Source: Chrysomallon squamiferum
Lineage: Eukaryota > Animalia > Mollusca
Reading direction: 5' to 3'
NCBI GenBank assembly: GCA_012295275.1
Contig: CM022671.1
Location: 17,794,001-17,858,000 of the forward strand
Length of the DNA stretch: 64,000 nucleotides
In this document: positions 15,501 to 38,858 of the stretch, one piece after another
How positions within the stretch are numbered: the stretch's first letter is position 1
How the letters are laid out: the number at the start of each line of letters is the position of its first letter
The notes under the pieces: generated by a model
Told to the model about the DNA's origin: nothing
Databases searched by the model: none
What the model saw: only the letters and a program-made list of their open reading frames with translations
Program-made: the position numbers and the translations under genes

Positions 15501-17314
15501 AAGAGAAAAAAAAAAAAAAAAATGAAATAACTAGCTCAGTCTTTTTGGTATTTTTGAACTTAATGAAAAAAAAATTCTGCATGCATCTGTTCAGTCCAGA
15601 CTTAGCAAAAATGTTTTTTTCACAAACTGGGTACTCCTTCAACTCTTCACAAAAAATAAAAAATGATAAGACATATCCTATATTTAAAAAAAAAGAAAGC
15701 TATTTCATTTCATAAATTTATTGATATTTAAAATAATCATAATATAACCAAAACTTATAAACTACTGTTTAAATAATAAATGAAAATGTATTCTTGTTAT
15801 GAAATAAAACAAAAAAAAAACACAGAATAGTAAAACTATAATAAAATTAGAAATTAAATATTTAGGTAAAACAAAACCACAAAAATATTTTCTTTTTATC
15901 TATCTTCCAAATAATATAGTGGTCTTTTGCCATTATTCTAGGATGAAATAATTATTCATAATATAAATCAATAAATAAATACATAACAATTTTTTTTTTT
16001 TTTTCTTTTTTTTGTCTGTGCGTATAATTAAACTATTGCTGTATTATTACATTTACAGGATAACACAACAGTGCTTAAAATAATCTAGAACTGAAAAATC
16101 TGTTTAAAAAAGTCTAACAAATAACAAATAATTACTGGAAAATCTATCATTATTATAAAGGAATATTAAGTCAAATGTTAGTCATACTATACATAAATAT
16201 ATATATATATATTAAACAATACTGACTATTAGTATATATGAAAAACTATCATAGATATCTTAAGTAAGTAAAGAAAACTCACAATGTTTAATCAGAAGAG
16301 TTTTCGAAATACAGAGCTGAATAATTTGAAGCATTAAAAACAAGAGTTACTAACTTTGGGTTATTTTGGCATGACTTCTTGTTTGTGTGCATGTGTGAAT
16401 GCATATGCATGCTGAATACGAAATAAAAGGATATTTAATGATATCCTAGCTCTTTTCAATAATCACAGTTATATCAAATATATAATGTAGAAAATGATTG
16501 ATGGAACCCATTTCCATGTAAATATCCACATAACCTATGTCTGCCTTTGTTAAACCAATCTTGAAGTCTATCTTTGAAATGAATACAGCCCAACAGATTC
16601 ACTAGTGATTGCTGTTTATCATATCTTAGGCCAGATTTGTGATCTAGTTATTATAGCTTGCTCAGATATTATACCATGCACTTTCTGTCAAACATGGACA
16701 TAAATTAACCCAATATGGTTATAAAATATTTGGCAGATATGATCAAAAATTAGAAAAAATAATCTATCATTTTCTATGCATAGTTAAAATGTAACAGATT
16801 GGACAAATATGACTGCTACATTTTAATCCAGATGCTAAACAATTAAATAAATATGGGATATAACGATATCAAGGGAATACACAGCGCTGTAACAGGTGCT
16901 GTTGCTTTCATTTCACTTCAATGTCTCTTGCTAAAAACACTATCACCTACGTTTTTATCAACTTTGCCCTTACGTATTTTTATCTTAAAAATCTTTTTAA
17001 ATTATTTTGTCTATAATATTCGGATATAAAATTTTGTGCAACAGTTTAAAATTTAATGTGTAAGTATTATAACGACAGTCAACAGAGGTTTCTTAGCTAC
17101 AATCTCAGTATCTGAACAGTTATTATTTGCCGCACTATATTCTTTGTCGGCAAATAAGCTCACCATAAGAAAAATTCTCACTCAGTTTTAGGGGTCCACG
17201 TAAAATATAGATGACAAATACAACAAGGATGAACCAGACAGCCCATAAATATGTCCATGACCAAGCAATCCACGACTTAAACTTGTCTAACATTCTTGAC
17301 AGGAAGCCAGCCAT
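1..17314 (-). CDS. ST7: Suppressor of tumorigenicity 7 (ST7/ST7L family), 5' part. Coding exons 17164-17314, 9441-9523, 1-54 (continues beyond the left edge)
   Basis: Spliced translation [96 protein letters not shown] matches the characteristic ST7 N-terminus (WSWTYLW...[32 protein letters not shown]). GT-AG sites have compatible phases (151 nt phase 1, 83 nt phase 0). Confidence 0.95.
2427..2469. repeat. (TG)n microsatellite
   Basis: Direct reading. Confidence 0.95.
5035..5770. repeat. Degenerate tandem repeat, ~145-150-bp unit, ~5 copies
   Basis: Recurring blocks AGTGGTTT..CATC..CTGGTTCA..TTTTG..AGAATAAACTGTAGAGATTTAAGGTTAA..ACTAAATTAAGCTA start near 5041, 5183, 5337, 5481 and 5629. Confidence 0.8.
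7368..7497. repeat. (TAT)n microsatellite, interrupted
   Basis: Direct reading. Confidence 0.95.
8950..9090. repeat. (AAAAT)n pentanucleotide repeat grading into (AGAAC)n
   Basis: Direct reading. Confidence 0.93.
16500..16620 (-). mobile_element. Possible second degenerate Nin-domain-like SINE fragment
   Basis: Minus strand TTGGGCTGTATTCATTTCAA..GATTGGTTTAACAAAGGC resembles the same SINE core. Confidence 0.3.
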
Positions 17315-17319
17315 AACTT

Positions 17320-17710
17320 CAGAAAGCAGATTCGCACCAAGCGTACATTCACAAAAAGATAACCGTAACGCAGGCATGACCCAGTAAAAATGAAGATAGC
17401 GGACAGAAAAATTTAAAATGTTATTGTGGCCGTACAAATAAATTGTATAATAATTTTGTTTATATTAATGCTTTCAAGTTATAATTTTATTGTTTTTGCG
17501 ACATATCATAGATATTAACAAAAATGACTTAAAAAATACAGTCATAAAAGATCAGAACGCCGCGATTTTACCCCTTCGCAACTGAAGTTGTGACATCATC
17601 AAGCACCTGGCGGATTGGTAGCTGTATGTTTTCTGACCATTTGAAGAAACTAGAGACCAAATTTGTTAGCAAAGAACGCGATGACGTCACAAAGAAAAAA
17701 ATGTAGGCGC
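17320..17710. promoter_or_regulatory. ST7 proximal promoter
   Basis: Locally CpG-rich. Perfect CRE TGACGTCA at ~17682, TGACATCA at ~17591 and a CCAAT box (GATTGG) at ~17613, all upstream of the ST7 ATG. Confidence 0.55.
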
Positions 17711-18244
17711 AAATATATGCTAAAACTTACTCTTCTGATGTTGTTATATATCGTTAGCTCTTTAATTAAGACTGGATGATTAACAACAAATAAAACAAAA
17801 TTTCAATCAATACAGAATATATTTAACCTGTTTCTTGTTATTATCAAATTTACCTTCCATTGTTCGAATTATAAAATGTCCGGTGTAAAATTAAATACAT
17901 CTAGGCCTATAAGAAATAACCTAAAGATTTTCTAGACCTACAAACAAGAGCGTTCGGGACCAGGCCCATAATATTTTAACTTAACCATTTCATTGTTTTT
18001 TCGTAATGGTAACAGCCGCTTATTAACAGACCCCTTGTGATGTGATTTCTTATTAAGCTTTTATTAATAGATTTATTTGTAGATAATTAAACAGTATTTT
18101 AATTCATTATTAAGTTCTTAACGATGCCATCAGATTTAACAAAGTTTAACTGATTAACTTTAGTTACTTTTTGTATATATAATCATTCAATTTTATTAAC
18201 CAAAAACAGAAATAAAGAAATAGAATTTAAAAAACTAAAATTAG

Positions 18245-18289
<45 letters not shown>

Positions 18290-18792
18290 CATGGCCGTAA
18301 CTAGATTTTATTATTTATTTTTTTTTTTTTTTTTTTGATTTCTTTCTTTGCAACGATGTCGGTAGACTTCAAGCGGTAATCATAGACATAAACGAATTCA
18401 TTCAGTGGATATCGTTTCTATCGGAATAGAGATTTTTATTTTAAATTTTTTAATAAAGTTTTTGTATAAATTTAAAAAAACACAAAAAAAACAAATCATT
18501 AAAAACAAACAATAAATTTTTTCAATGGAGTTACAGCCATGATATTATATATATAAATATATATATCCCAGTAGATTTAGGATTTAGGAATTAAGTTCCT
18601 TTTGAATTGGACGAGTATAGGAATTTTTATTATTATTATTATTAATTATTTCGTATTTATTTTCCTAAATGTTAAGTGTATAGCAGATAATAATTTTTTT
18701 TTGATGACGTGTCTAGGACAAATCCCATCAGGGAACATAGTATTGATTACTCTGGTCTTATAGCTGGCAGTGAAAGACCCCCATATCTATAG

Positions 18793-18848
<56 letters not shown>

Positions 18849-19087
18849 TATCTATAAATGCTATCTTCAGCTATTAGTTAATACTGGAAATAGGCGCATA
18901 TTCGTGAACAAGCCCATCTCGATTTTTCTCGAGACCAAATCCGTCAGTAAACCACCCCACACAAAAATAAAAAATTACAGTAAATAAACTAATTAACATA
19001 TTGGTAATAATATTTTAAAAATGAAATATTCCCCACTAATGAATGAAATAAATAAGAAAAAGATGGGTACTTTAAAGATTAGTTTGA

Positions 19088-19133
<46 letters not shown>

Positions 19134-19134
<1 letters not shown>

Positions 19135-19882
19135 AGTGGTACCTAGCATTACGAGTTTAAATCGTTCCGTGACCGAGCTCGTATCTCAAATCAATTTTCC
19201 GAACTTAAATTAATTGAAATACCATTAATCCGTTCCAGCCCTCCAAAAACCACCGCATTTTTTTTTTTTTGTTTGTTTTCGTAACGTGTTTTTAAATAAG
19301 AAAAATGTATTTATAAATGACAAATATTGTAAAATAAATAAATGATAAATAAATAAATAAATAAAAGAAAAACTGATTTTGTAAAGTGTATTTATCTTGG
19401 AGATCAGACAAATTATTTTAACGCCTTTGGCTGGGGTTACAGCTTTTATCGACTCCTTCAGCTTCAGTATGGTACATATCGTAAAGTACTACGCTCGTAC
19501 TTGCCTAGCCAAGTCGACTACATACACACCTCGCTCGGTTTTCTGTGAATTCGAGCTTTAATTCAATGACATCATCCGCTTCTTCTTTTCAACACTATCC
19601 TTTGCACTCACTTTCTTAATATCCATGGCCAGAAAAAAGATATTTGGCAAATTACTGCACCAAACGCGACCACAACACAATAGAGATGTTTCCGCGGCGA
19701 AGTAACTACGTGAAGTAAACGAGCAAGACCGCAGGATGCTGGCCGGGTGTTATGTTGTTCGTTGCGCCAACTATCTGAAGCTCTTTCGTAACTCGGATTT
19801 TGGCTCTCAACTCAAAACAAAAACTCGACCGTAACTCGAAAAAACTCGTAAGTTGGGGCACTCGTAAGACGAGACACCACTG
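19134..19882 (-). mobile_element. Non-autonomous Tigger/pogo (Tc1/mariner superfamily) DNA transposon with a decayed 5' transposase fragment
   Basis: TA-flanked imperfect 23-bp TIRs (CAGTGGTACCTAGCATTACGAGT vs reverse complement CAGTGGTGTCTCGTCTTACGAGT). Minus strand ~19420-19626 reads, with frameshifts, KKVSAKDSVEKKKRMM..GVYVVDLARQ..TICTILKLKESIKAVTPAKGVK, a CENP-B/psq-type HTH N-terminus of pogo transposases. Inserted in a (TAA)n tract. Confidence 0.85.
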
Positions 19883-19896
19883 TAATAATAATAATA

Positions 19897-19928
<32 letters not shown>

Positions 19929-20209
19929 AGAAAAACTAAAATTCAATTTGATTAACACATTTCTAATACAGCAAAATAATAAAACTTTATTATACAGTTG
20001 TTCAGTTTATGAAACACTAAACAAAACTATCCAAAAGGTTCTCAGTTTTCCTTGTTCTCAAAGAATTATAAAGTTCGACCCAGACATGTCTGCTTTATTC
20101 GTGAAGCTACACGTCGACAGTCTTTTCAAACATAACTCATAGTCTGTCAGAACAGTTTGACTGACAGAAATCGTCTGCTTTGAACTGGTTAAATAGTCAT
20201 CAGTTGCAT

Positions 20210-20290
20210 TCATCTTGACTTCATTTATCCCTTAGCCGCCAAAGTATCTGGGGCACCATGGATGAATTTACATCCAGTTTCTTCTGTTCT
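20210..20290 (-). mobile_element. Possible 3' tail of an RTE-related LINE/SINE
   Basis: TCATTTATCCCTTAGCCGCCAAAGTATCTGGGGCACCATGGATGAATTTACATCCAGTTTC resembles a recalled molluscan RTE 3' end. Not verified. Confidence 0.3.
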
Positions 20291-22215
20291 GTTTGAATGA
20301 CTCCTGTTCCGTCTTTCTCGAGCTTCTGTCCGTTTATTTTAATCTCTGTGTTGATTCCACTGGTGACGTTAGCACCCTGGGCTTATCCCAGGTCAGTTAC
20401 GTTGTAAAGAAATAAATAAAGACCAATTAAGATAAATTTTATATCATCATCATCATCATTATTATCATTACCATTACTATCATTATTTGTTGGAAAGGAA
20501 ATGATCACTATATCCATGAGATTGTTTTCAATTTATATCCAGTATTTCAATATATTAATTGCAATTCTTGTTAAGATTTATTATATAATCACAAACATTG
20601 AAACAGTTTGAATATTAGTTAAATACTTAAAATTAAATGTTAAATATTAGTTAAATACCTAACATTTAATTTTTATTTACTTAGTTAATTTTTTATTAAT
20701 TTATTTATCATAATAAATTAATTTCTATTTATTTATTTATCTGTCTCCATCTTAAATATGTGATAATTTTAAACGACCTATTTGTTTTCGAATTGCGATA
20801 TTTGGTGGACCCGCCTGAATATCATGCACCAGCTATAGGTTATATAACCAAACAAAATTGCACTCACAAAATGGCTACCGGTACAGTGTTGATGAAGACG
20901 AAAAGACCATTCCAGGTAAGATGTGCCCCATTTCATCGTTCGGAACATAGGTTCTGTCCGTTTACTTTAATCTCTGTGTTGATTCCACTGGTGACGTTAG
21001 CACCCTATAGGTTTTTGGTGAATAAATGAAATGAAATAAAAAATATAATAATAAAATTTATTATATGTTAAGTGAAAATAATAAGAAGAAGAAGAAGAAG
21101 AAGAATTAATTTTCTTAATTTGTATTTTAAGTACTTGCAAAGAAAGTTTTTTTATAATATGAAATTGAATGTTCAAATTATTAAAAATAAATAATAACTA
21201 ATGAACGTACTATGAGATGTAAATAAAAATAATAATAAAAAGAAATAAGAATATTCTTATCTCTTTTTCTTACTTTTTTTAAATGATCAAATGTAGATAC
21301 TTTTTGATTGGGGATGTTATTTATTATAATCTACATTAACGTTATAATTGTATCTTTATAATTAGCGAATTAATAAATAAATAAATATCTGGAGATTTCT
21401 TCTAATTACGTAAAGTTGGCTAGATTCATTTCCACAGAAACAAATTTGAATTAATAACCTGCCGCTGTGTACATTTGTTTTGTTTTGTTTGTTTGTTTGT
21501 TTGTTTGTTTTGCGGTTTCTTTCTTTGGTGATTATTTTGCTCTTAATATTATCAGTCTTGTAAATCATTTTCTTTAGATAATATCGCATAGTTCTTATTA
21601 TCATTTTATTTATTTATTTATTTAAATATTTATTTATTTATTTATTTATTATTATTATCATCATCATCATCATCATTATCATCATCATCTTTTTGTTTAT
21701 TTATTTATTACTCTATTTTCTGATGTTACTTAAGTCGAGGCACTTTCACTGTAGGCCGTATTATCATAATTCATGTGCTCATCTTTTGATTTTCTTTTTT
21801 AGTGAAGCTGTCATTGGCATATTCCTCGTTATCTTTTCTTTTCTCCTCCCCCCCCCATTTACCTTTCTTTCTATCTGTTATCTTTTGTTTATGCTTTATG
21901 TTTTTTGGTTTACTTCCCCCCCCCCGGTCTTAGAGTTGTTTCCCTTACTTTACAAATAGATATTTGTTAAGTTTGGTTACGTAATAATGTTCGTCTGATT
22001 TCTTCGAATGGCGGGTGGCGGTAAGTTTGGATGTTGCGCATATTAAAAATATTTTGAGCTTTTAACATATTATAATAGACTAAGAGAACAAAAAATACAT
22101 AAATCAAGTTTATTAATTGTATTTATTAATGTGCTTTATTCATCACGTTTTATACAATAATACAGGTATGTCAGCAAAAATTTGATTTTATTCTTATTCA
22201 TATCACTCGAAAGAA

Positions 22216-22249
<34 letters not shown>

Positions 22250-23174
22250 CCTGTAAAATGGTACCATGATGTTTATGATTGGTTAGTTTTTGTACCTGCT
22301 ATAATTCTCCGTTAAAAATAGCATGGTCTTATAAAGCAACTGATACGGAATTACACATGCATCAAGAAAAATATCTTTAACAAGGTTTGAAGAAAAACTT
22401 TAATCTTTTCCGTAAACTGATCGTCTGGTTTTGAAATACGTCTCTTTTTTTTTCAGAAGAAAATTCCATTCGGATGAAAACAAAAATATAGGACAATGTT
22501 CGGCAAAGTGAAAGAGTTCCGTATATACGTTTCTAAAACTTTGGCAAGTTAGTACAGACCAGAAAAGTCACCGACGCGCAAAGGCAGAACAAAATCGGTC
22601 AATGCGTTTTTTCAAGAAATTGGTCTGACGTCATGGCCTAATTCTGGTATTTAAAAATTTTTAAAATCGAAAGTCTGGTGTCGATCACTGGTTGCAGTGT
22701 GTTTCTGGGACTGTAAATGCCATATTCTTTTGATAAATTTTCAGATAGTGAGTTACTGATTTTTTAAAAATATTTTATTTTATTTTATTGTTATTATTTA
22801 TTTTATTTTACTTTATTTTATTTTTTAATTATTATTACCATTCTAATAATTTTGTTTTGACATAAATAATTATTATTCAAAGTTTGCATCTGCCTTGTAT
22901 ATCAATACTTTTTTATTTGTTTATTTATTTATTGATTTATTTTTTTATTTTATTTTATTTTTCAGTCAAGTTATTAGCTTTACTGCATGATAATTCTTTA
23001 ACATTTAAAGGATTGGTATTTAATTTATTTACAGGAAGCAGTTTGCTTTGCAGAAAAGATAAACGTTGAAAGTAAATTTCTTACACCAGAAGAATCAGAG
23101 TTCATGATGTGGGTCCATGAAATTATTTCTTTGTTATATAAATGCATATAAAAGTTAGTAATTTAGTTAATCAT

Positions 23175-23217
<43 letters not shown>

Positions 23218-24699
23218 GAATAAAAAATAAGAACTATATGTCAGGGAAAACAGTAAACATAGAATGTGTTTTTAACTTGTTTCATATAATTGCATTGGAC
23301 ATCTTCATTAATATTGAATGTAAATTTAGGATCAATGACATTATTTTATATGTGACATAACTAAGTATACATTTCTAGGCTGAGTTAATACTGTTACATT
23401 GGAAATAACATTAAATGAAGACAATATTATTAGTCTGTTATAATTATTGTTATATAGTTATTGAAACATTGCTCAGTTTATTATAAGAGGAATAATGATG
23501 AACAATTTTTCCTGTGATCTATCATGAAATTTGTCTTGATATAAATATTTTACTTTTCATTTTCAGATGGAAAATTGGTAGAAAATAGTTGTCACAAAGC
23601 TGCAGTCTCTGAAAACAGAGTTTGACAAAGCGGTAGTCCTGTGAACATTGTCAGTCAAATGCAGGAAGACTTTTATTCTTTTATTTTTAATTTAATTTTT
23701 ATTTTTTATTATTATTATTTTTGTTGTTGTTGTTGTTGTTGTTCCATATGAGTAATGATACCTTGATTCTAAATAAGAACTGGCTTAAGATAATAATTTC
23801 AACATTATAGTTTATTAGCTTGTACTATATAGGAAATGCTTTATATAGTTTGTAATGTAATAGATATGGCTTGTATTTCATTCACAATGAAGTAAGTGGA
23901 TATTAAGTCAATAATACACTGATTCATTGTGGGGGTTTTAATTCGTACTCTTATTGTTATTAAGATAACTTCGTTAACACCAGAACCAAAAACAGTGATA
24001 TCAAAAAAAATTAATAACAACAAAAGAATAAATCAATATTTCAATAAAACTAATAAACAATAATATTGAAAATTTAAACTAAGATTTAAATTTAACTTTT
24101 ATTAAATAATATTTGTTACAAATGCATTTTATAGTGAATATAGGCTAAAATGTAAAATATTTTGTGATTCTTATGCATTGCCTAGGGTACACCCATCTTT
24201 ATATTCTTCCTTTTCTTTTCAAGATGCATATCAAATATGTATTAAGGAAGCTGGATATATTCATCATGTTACTTTTTCGGGGATTTTTGGTCTATTCAGT
24301 TCAATTATTATTCAATATTTAAATAGAAAACTGACATGGGTTAAAGATGGTTAGTTGTAATTTAACCAAAATTTATCATAAAAAAATAACTCACTTAAAA
24401 TTCAAATATTTTTTAATTACATAATATATATTAAATAATATCTATAAATGATTATACCAATTAGGTTTTTAATAAATATTAATGTAGATGTCTCGTGTTA
24501 AAACAGAGTTTAATGAAAAACTCGCACAAAAACAATTTGGGTAAATAAATTAGTAATTACGTCTAAATATATAACAAATACTTTTACTTACTAAATAAAA
24601 TAAAATTGACATATTATGAATAATTCAGATACTTATGTGGTCAGAACTGTCGTGCATTTATATCTTGTTAAATGTGGATAAGTCAGAACATCATTTAAA

Positions 24700-26430
24700 T
24701 AAGAAAAGTTCTACAACTCTCCATCATTTGTAAATAAAATTATATTTGGAATTCAACCCCAGAGCATATTTTTCCAATGGATGAAACCAACTCCTGTGTT
24801 CAGTTCCTGTTGTTTTTATAACACTAAAATATTTAAAGAGTAAATGTCTTTTAATGCATTTGTTTTGTTAGATTTTTTAATTAAAATAATACATGGACTT
24901 TTCATCTCCACTCTTCAACTTGCTTACAGATATACACCAGCTGCCTCATTCAGCCTCTGGTTGTTTTATATGTGAAAAGTCTTTTAAAAGCAAAATGTCC
25001 TTTAGTACATTTTTATTTCTTTCGCGTTTTTGGAAATAAAAATACATGTTCATTTTGTTCTCACCAATATACATCAACTCTTGTATTTAATCTCTGAAGC
25101 AACAAATGTCCTTTTAATTTCCTTTCTTTTTGAATACATATATACATTGCCTCTTTGACCCATTTGCATCTACTCCTGACCAATAATTTGTGATGCTCAT
25201 GTTTAGGTCCTGTTCATTTTAAATCACTGAAACATCATTTAAACAATAAATGACTAGCATGATTTACATAATTATTTGTAAATAAAAATATCCATGGACT
25301 TGTCAATTCCTATGCAGGTCATGATAACATCAGAAAATGACCTTTTTAAATCTGTCAGTCCTGTGTTTAGGCTGAAAATATTATTTCATGGTTTTCTTTT
25401 TAAATAAAAATATCCTAAGTACATATCTTTCTCACAGGTTCATGTGGATTCCAGACTAGTTCCTTTTCATTTTATACATAAAAGCTCACTGAATAGCAAA
25501 ATGTCCTTAATTAGATAGTTCTTACTTTTAAATAAAAATATCAGTGGATTCTTAAATTCAGGCACATATTTTATTTTTCTATTGATGTGTGTCACCTCCT
25601 GGTACCTATTTATTCCAGATCCTACTGTCATTGTTAAATTGACACAGTGTAGTTGGTTTTCTGTTTTAAATAAAACTATGCTTGGACTCACATGTTCCAC
25701 TGCACATCTTTTTCACAGATGCACCTGGGCTCTATTATTTTATATCCTTTTAATTCTTTAGTGCTGAGAAGTAATTTAATCTGTAAATGTCCATTGTTAT
25801 TATTTCTTACCTTTTTATTTGTAAATAAAAAATACATGGAATTTTCAGCTTGTATGCATCTTTCACATTAAAGTTCACTGCCTCCCGTCCTTAGTTCCTC
25901 TCTATTTCATACATTGAAATGTCTTTTAAACGTGCTATGTACAACTTTTCCTTCTCTGCAAATAAAAATGCACGTGATCTCTTCAACTTGCGCATATTAT
26001 CTTTGTCAAAACAACTCTGTATTTAGCTCCTGTTCATTTTATCATAAAGACATAGTTTAAATAGTTGATTGAAAAAGTCATGATTATTTGATGTTTTTAT
26101 TTTCTTTCTTATTTATAAATAAAAATGTACCATATGGACTCCACAATACTGGTACAGGTCTTTATCATCATTGTTCACAGATCTCTGTCTTGTATTCATT
26201 TTAAATCAATGAAACATCATTTAAGAGGTACAAGTCCTTTAATATTTTCTTCTTTTTTTGTTTTTTGTTGGGTTTTTTTTTTTTTTCAACTATTTTTGAA
26301 TAAAAATATAGGTTCCTATTTACATTTTATTTAAAAGTAATTTAATCTATAAAACAGCATTTACTTATTTTATTAGTAGAAAAAAAAAAAAGTTAAATGT
26401 CCATAGATCATCATTCCCAGCATGTATCAT
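24700..26430. repeat. Highly degenerate tandem repeat, ~130-150-bp period, ~12 copies
   Basis: The anchor AAATAAAAAT(A/G)..CATGGA(C/A)TT recurs at ~24730, 24885, 25035, 25280, 25400, 25530, 25670, 25825, 25960, 26120 and 26300, most copies preceded by an AAATGTC(C/T)-like block. Confidence 0.65.
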
Positions 26431-26592
26431 CAATGTATGTGCATGGACTTCTATCTTTGGTCCTTTAGAACTTTTTTCTTTCTTTCTTTTTCTTCTATCC
26501 TAATTTTATCATTGCAGTTTAACCCCTGTACATATCTTTCTTACCCATATGCATCAACTATAATTAGTTCATTTTCATTTTACACTTTTGAA

Positions 26593-26700
26593 ACATTACA
26601 GAGAAGACTTAGGTTGAGCATCCGATCTTTTGGATTTCCTTCTGGCACTGAAGCCTGCCTGTTCTTCTATAGTGATCTTCTCCAGTGTTAGCTTCAGAAC
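26593..26700 (-). mobile_element. Fragment of an RTE-like LINE reverse transcriptase
   Basis: Minus strand reads LEKITIEEQAGFS.. then, after a frameshift, DRMLNLSLLC, matching the non-LTR RT motif EEQAGFR..ST.DQIFNLR.L.EK. Confidence 0.6.
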
Positions 26701-29000
26701 TTTTTTTTTTCTTTTCAGTTTCTGGCACTTCTTTCTTGGAAAATATGCTGAATTTTATCATTGCAGATCAGTGATTACATCGAGTACTGATTTTACTGTA
26801 GCTTCTTTGTCTTTGTAAAGGATGGTGTTGTTGCTGACATATTTGAATTCATATTTGTAATACAGAGTACTAAAGTATTAATACTGATTTCAGTGTATGT
26901 TGTCATGATCATGCTTTGATTCTTTAAATGACTTCCACTAATCATGAATGAGCCCATTCCACACTTGGCTGATGACTAATAGCTTTAAAACTCTTGGCTT
27001 ATTCCTGGGATTCATAATTTCGTACATTATAGATTGTATTTTATATACTTATAAAGAAATATTTAAAAAAAATTAAATTAAAGTGAATGTTCAAATTACT
27101 TAAAATAAATAATAACTAAATGATTGTATTATGAAATATAAATAAAAAATAACCATGCCTATATTTTTTTTCTTCCTTTTAAGGATCCAACTGTCTTAAA
27201 TCAGCCAAAATGCAGATTTTGTGATAATATATTGGGAATGGATTTTCTAAAGAGAAGGTGTTTTTTATTTATTATATTCTTTTTAACATTATGTCTTTGA
27301 TAATTTACTGACTGCAAAAAACTAATATGATAAAACGTAGTATTTATTTCATTATATCTATTAATTAATTCAATTAACAATTTAAAAATAAATATTCTAA
27401 TTAAATACAATGTACTAAATTCTTTTCACCTTGGCCTAGCCAAGTGTTTTATGTGCATGTAGATCTCAGAAAATTCCTAATGCTGTTGATCAGATCTAAA
27501 ATTTTCATTGGACAGATTATTTTTGTGAAAGGTTTTGCCATATGTGCAATAATTGATAGAGCAACTAATTAATTTGTTAATTAAACCAGATCAAGTTCAT
27601 AATGTTGACCAAATGGAAGAGATATGAAATAATATAATAATTAAAAATATAATTTAAAGAATATATATTTAATTTCAGAACTATGTGATTGCTAAACGTA
27701 AATATTTTATGTGAACAAATAAAAACTTAAAACTTTAAATTGCATTTGTTGTTTTTTTATTTTAAAAAAAAATCCAGTTTAATCATGACCTGTTTTATTT
27801 ATTTAAATGTGTTGAAATGTCTTGTTTATATAAATACTAATTATAACAACATTTTCTAAATCCTATATTACAAAAATCCATAAGAATAAGATACAGTGTG
27901 AAATTTTTTCGATTCATTAGTTAAATTTTTCAATCTAATGTTTTATTTATTTTATTATTTATTATTATTATAATTATTTTTTGTTGTTGTTCTGTTAATA
28001 TCAGTCTTGTGTTCCATTCTTTTCTGACTTGTCTTTGTACATAAATAATAATAAAATCATTATTTTTTATGTTTATGTATTGTTGTTGTTGTTGTTATTA
28101 AAATGAAAAGGTAAAAAGTAAATAATTGTAAAAATAATTCCAATACTAATACTTATGATGATAATAGTAAATGTAATAATAATTGCTAAGATGTATATGT
28201 ACATGCAAATATTTTCCTGTCTATTCCTTTCATTGATTTAAGGCAATTATAATTACCTAAACATGTTTTATACCTTAAAACACAATTTAAATAAAGTATA
28301 AAACTGATTTTCGTTTATATATTCAGAATAGATCCTCTGGCTCCTAAATTATTTATTACGAACATAATAATATTAATTGTTGTGCTTACCCTCGTACGTT
28401 TTAAACGAAGGAGGTTAAATGTTGATCACTACCTCGACTCTTTTCCATAAGGAACGAAACGTTATACGATTACCAGTTCAGTTAATTACAATATCCTGTT
28501 TACTGTTTTCTATAACACCAATGGTATTTTTATTTTAAAATTAAATTATTAATGCTAAATGTTTTCTGTTTATTATTATTTTTTTTTTTTTTCCATGACA
28601 ATAAAACAGTGTATTTATGTTAGTGTCAAACTTCCTATTTCTAAGTTCATTCATCCATTTATACAAATTAAAAACTTCACGTCGTTCTGTGACATAGATA
28701 AATATAATTTAAAGGATATTATCTGCTGATTTGACATCATTAGGCGATACAGTTTCGGCGAAAAGGAAAACTGGTAACTTTTTTCAATGTTAGCGATGTG
28801 CTATTTTTATTGATGTTAACCTGAGCTGAACAGCTGACGTATGATACAATATCGGATGATTTTTATGTTACCAACCTGCTCAGTTGTATCGTGTTGTTTA
28901 TCGACAGCAAACACGGAACTAGTTTAAATGGAATTTATAGTTGTAGCTGGTGGTATGAAAGTGCATAAGGTACAAACATGATCAGTTTTGAACAGTCGAA

Positions 29001-38858
<9,858 letters not shown>

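Noticed and set aside
17315-17437. In-frame upstream extension of the ST7 ORF (MPALRLSF...)
   Set aside because: Family similarity begins at MAGF (17314), and the extension runs through promoter-like sequence.
23490-23545. Possible box C/D snoRNA (ATGATGA)
   Set aside because: No CTGA D box at a suitable distance, no terminal stem and no recognisable rRNA guide.
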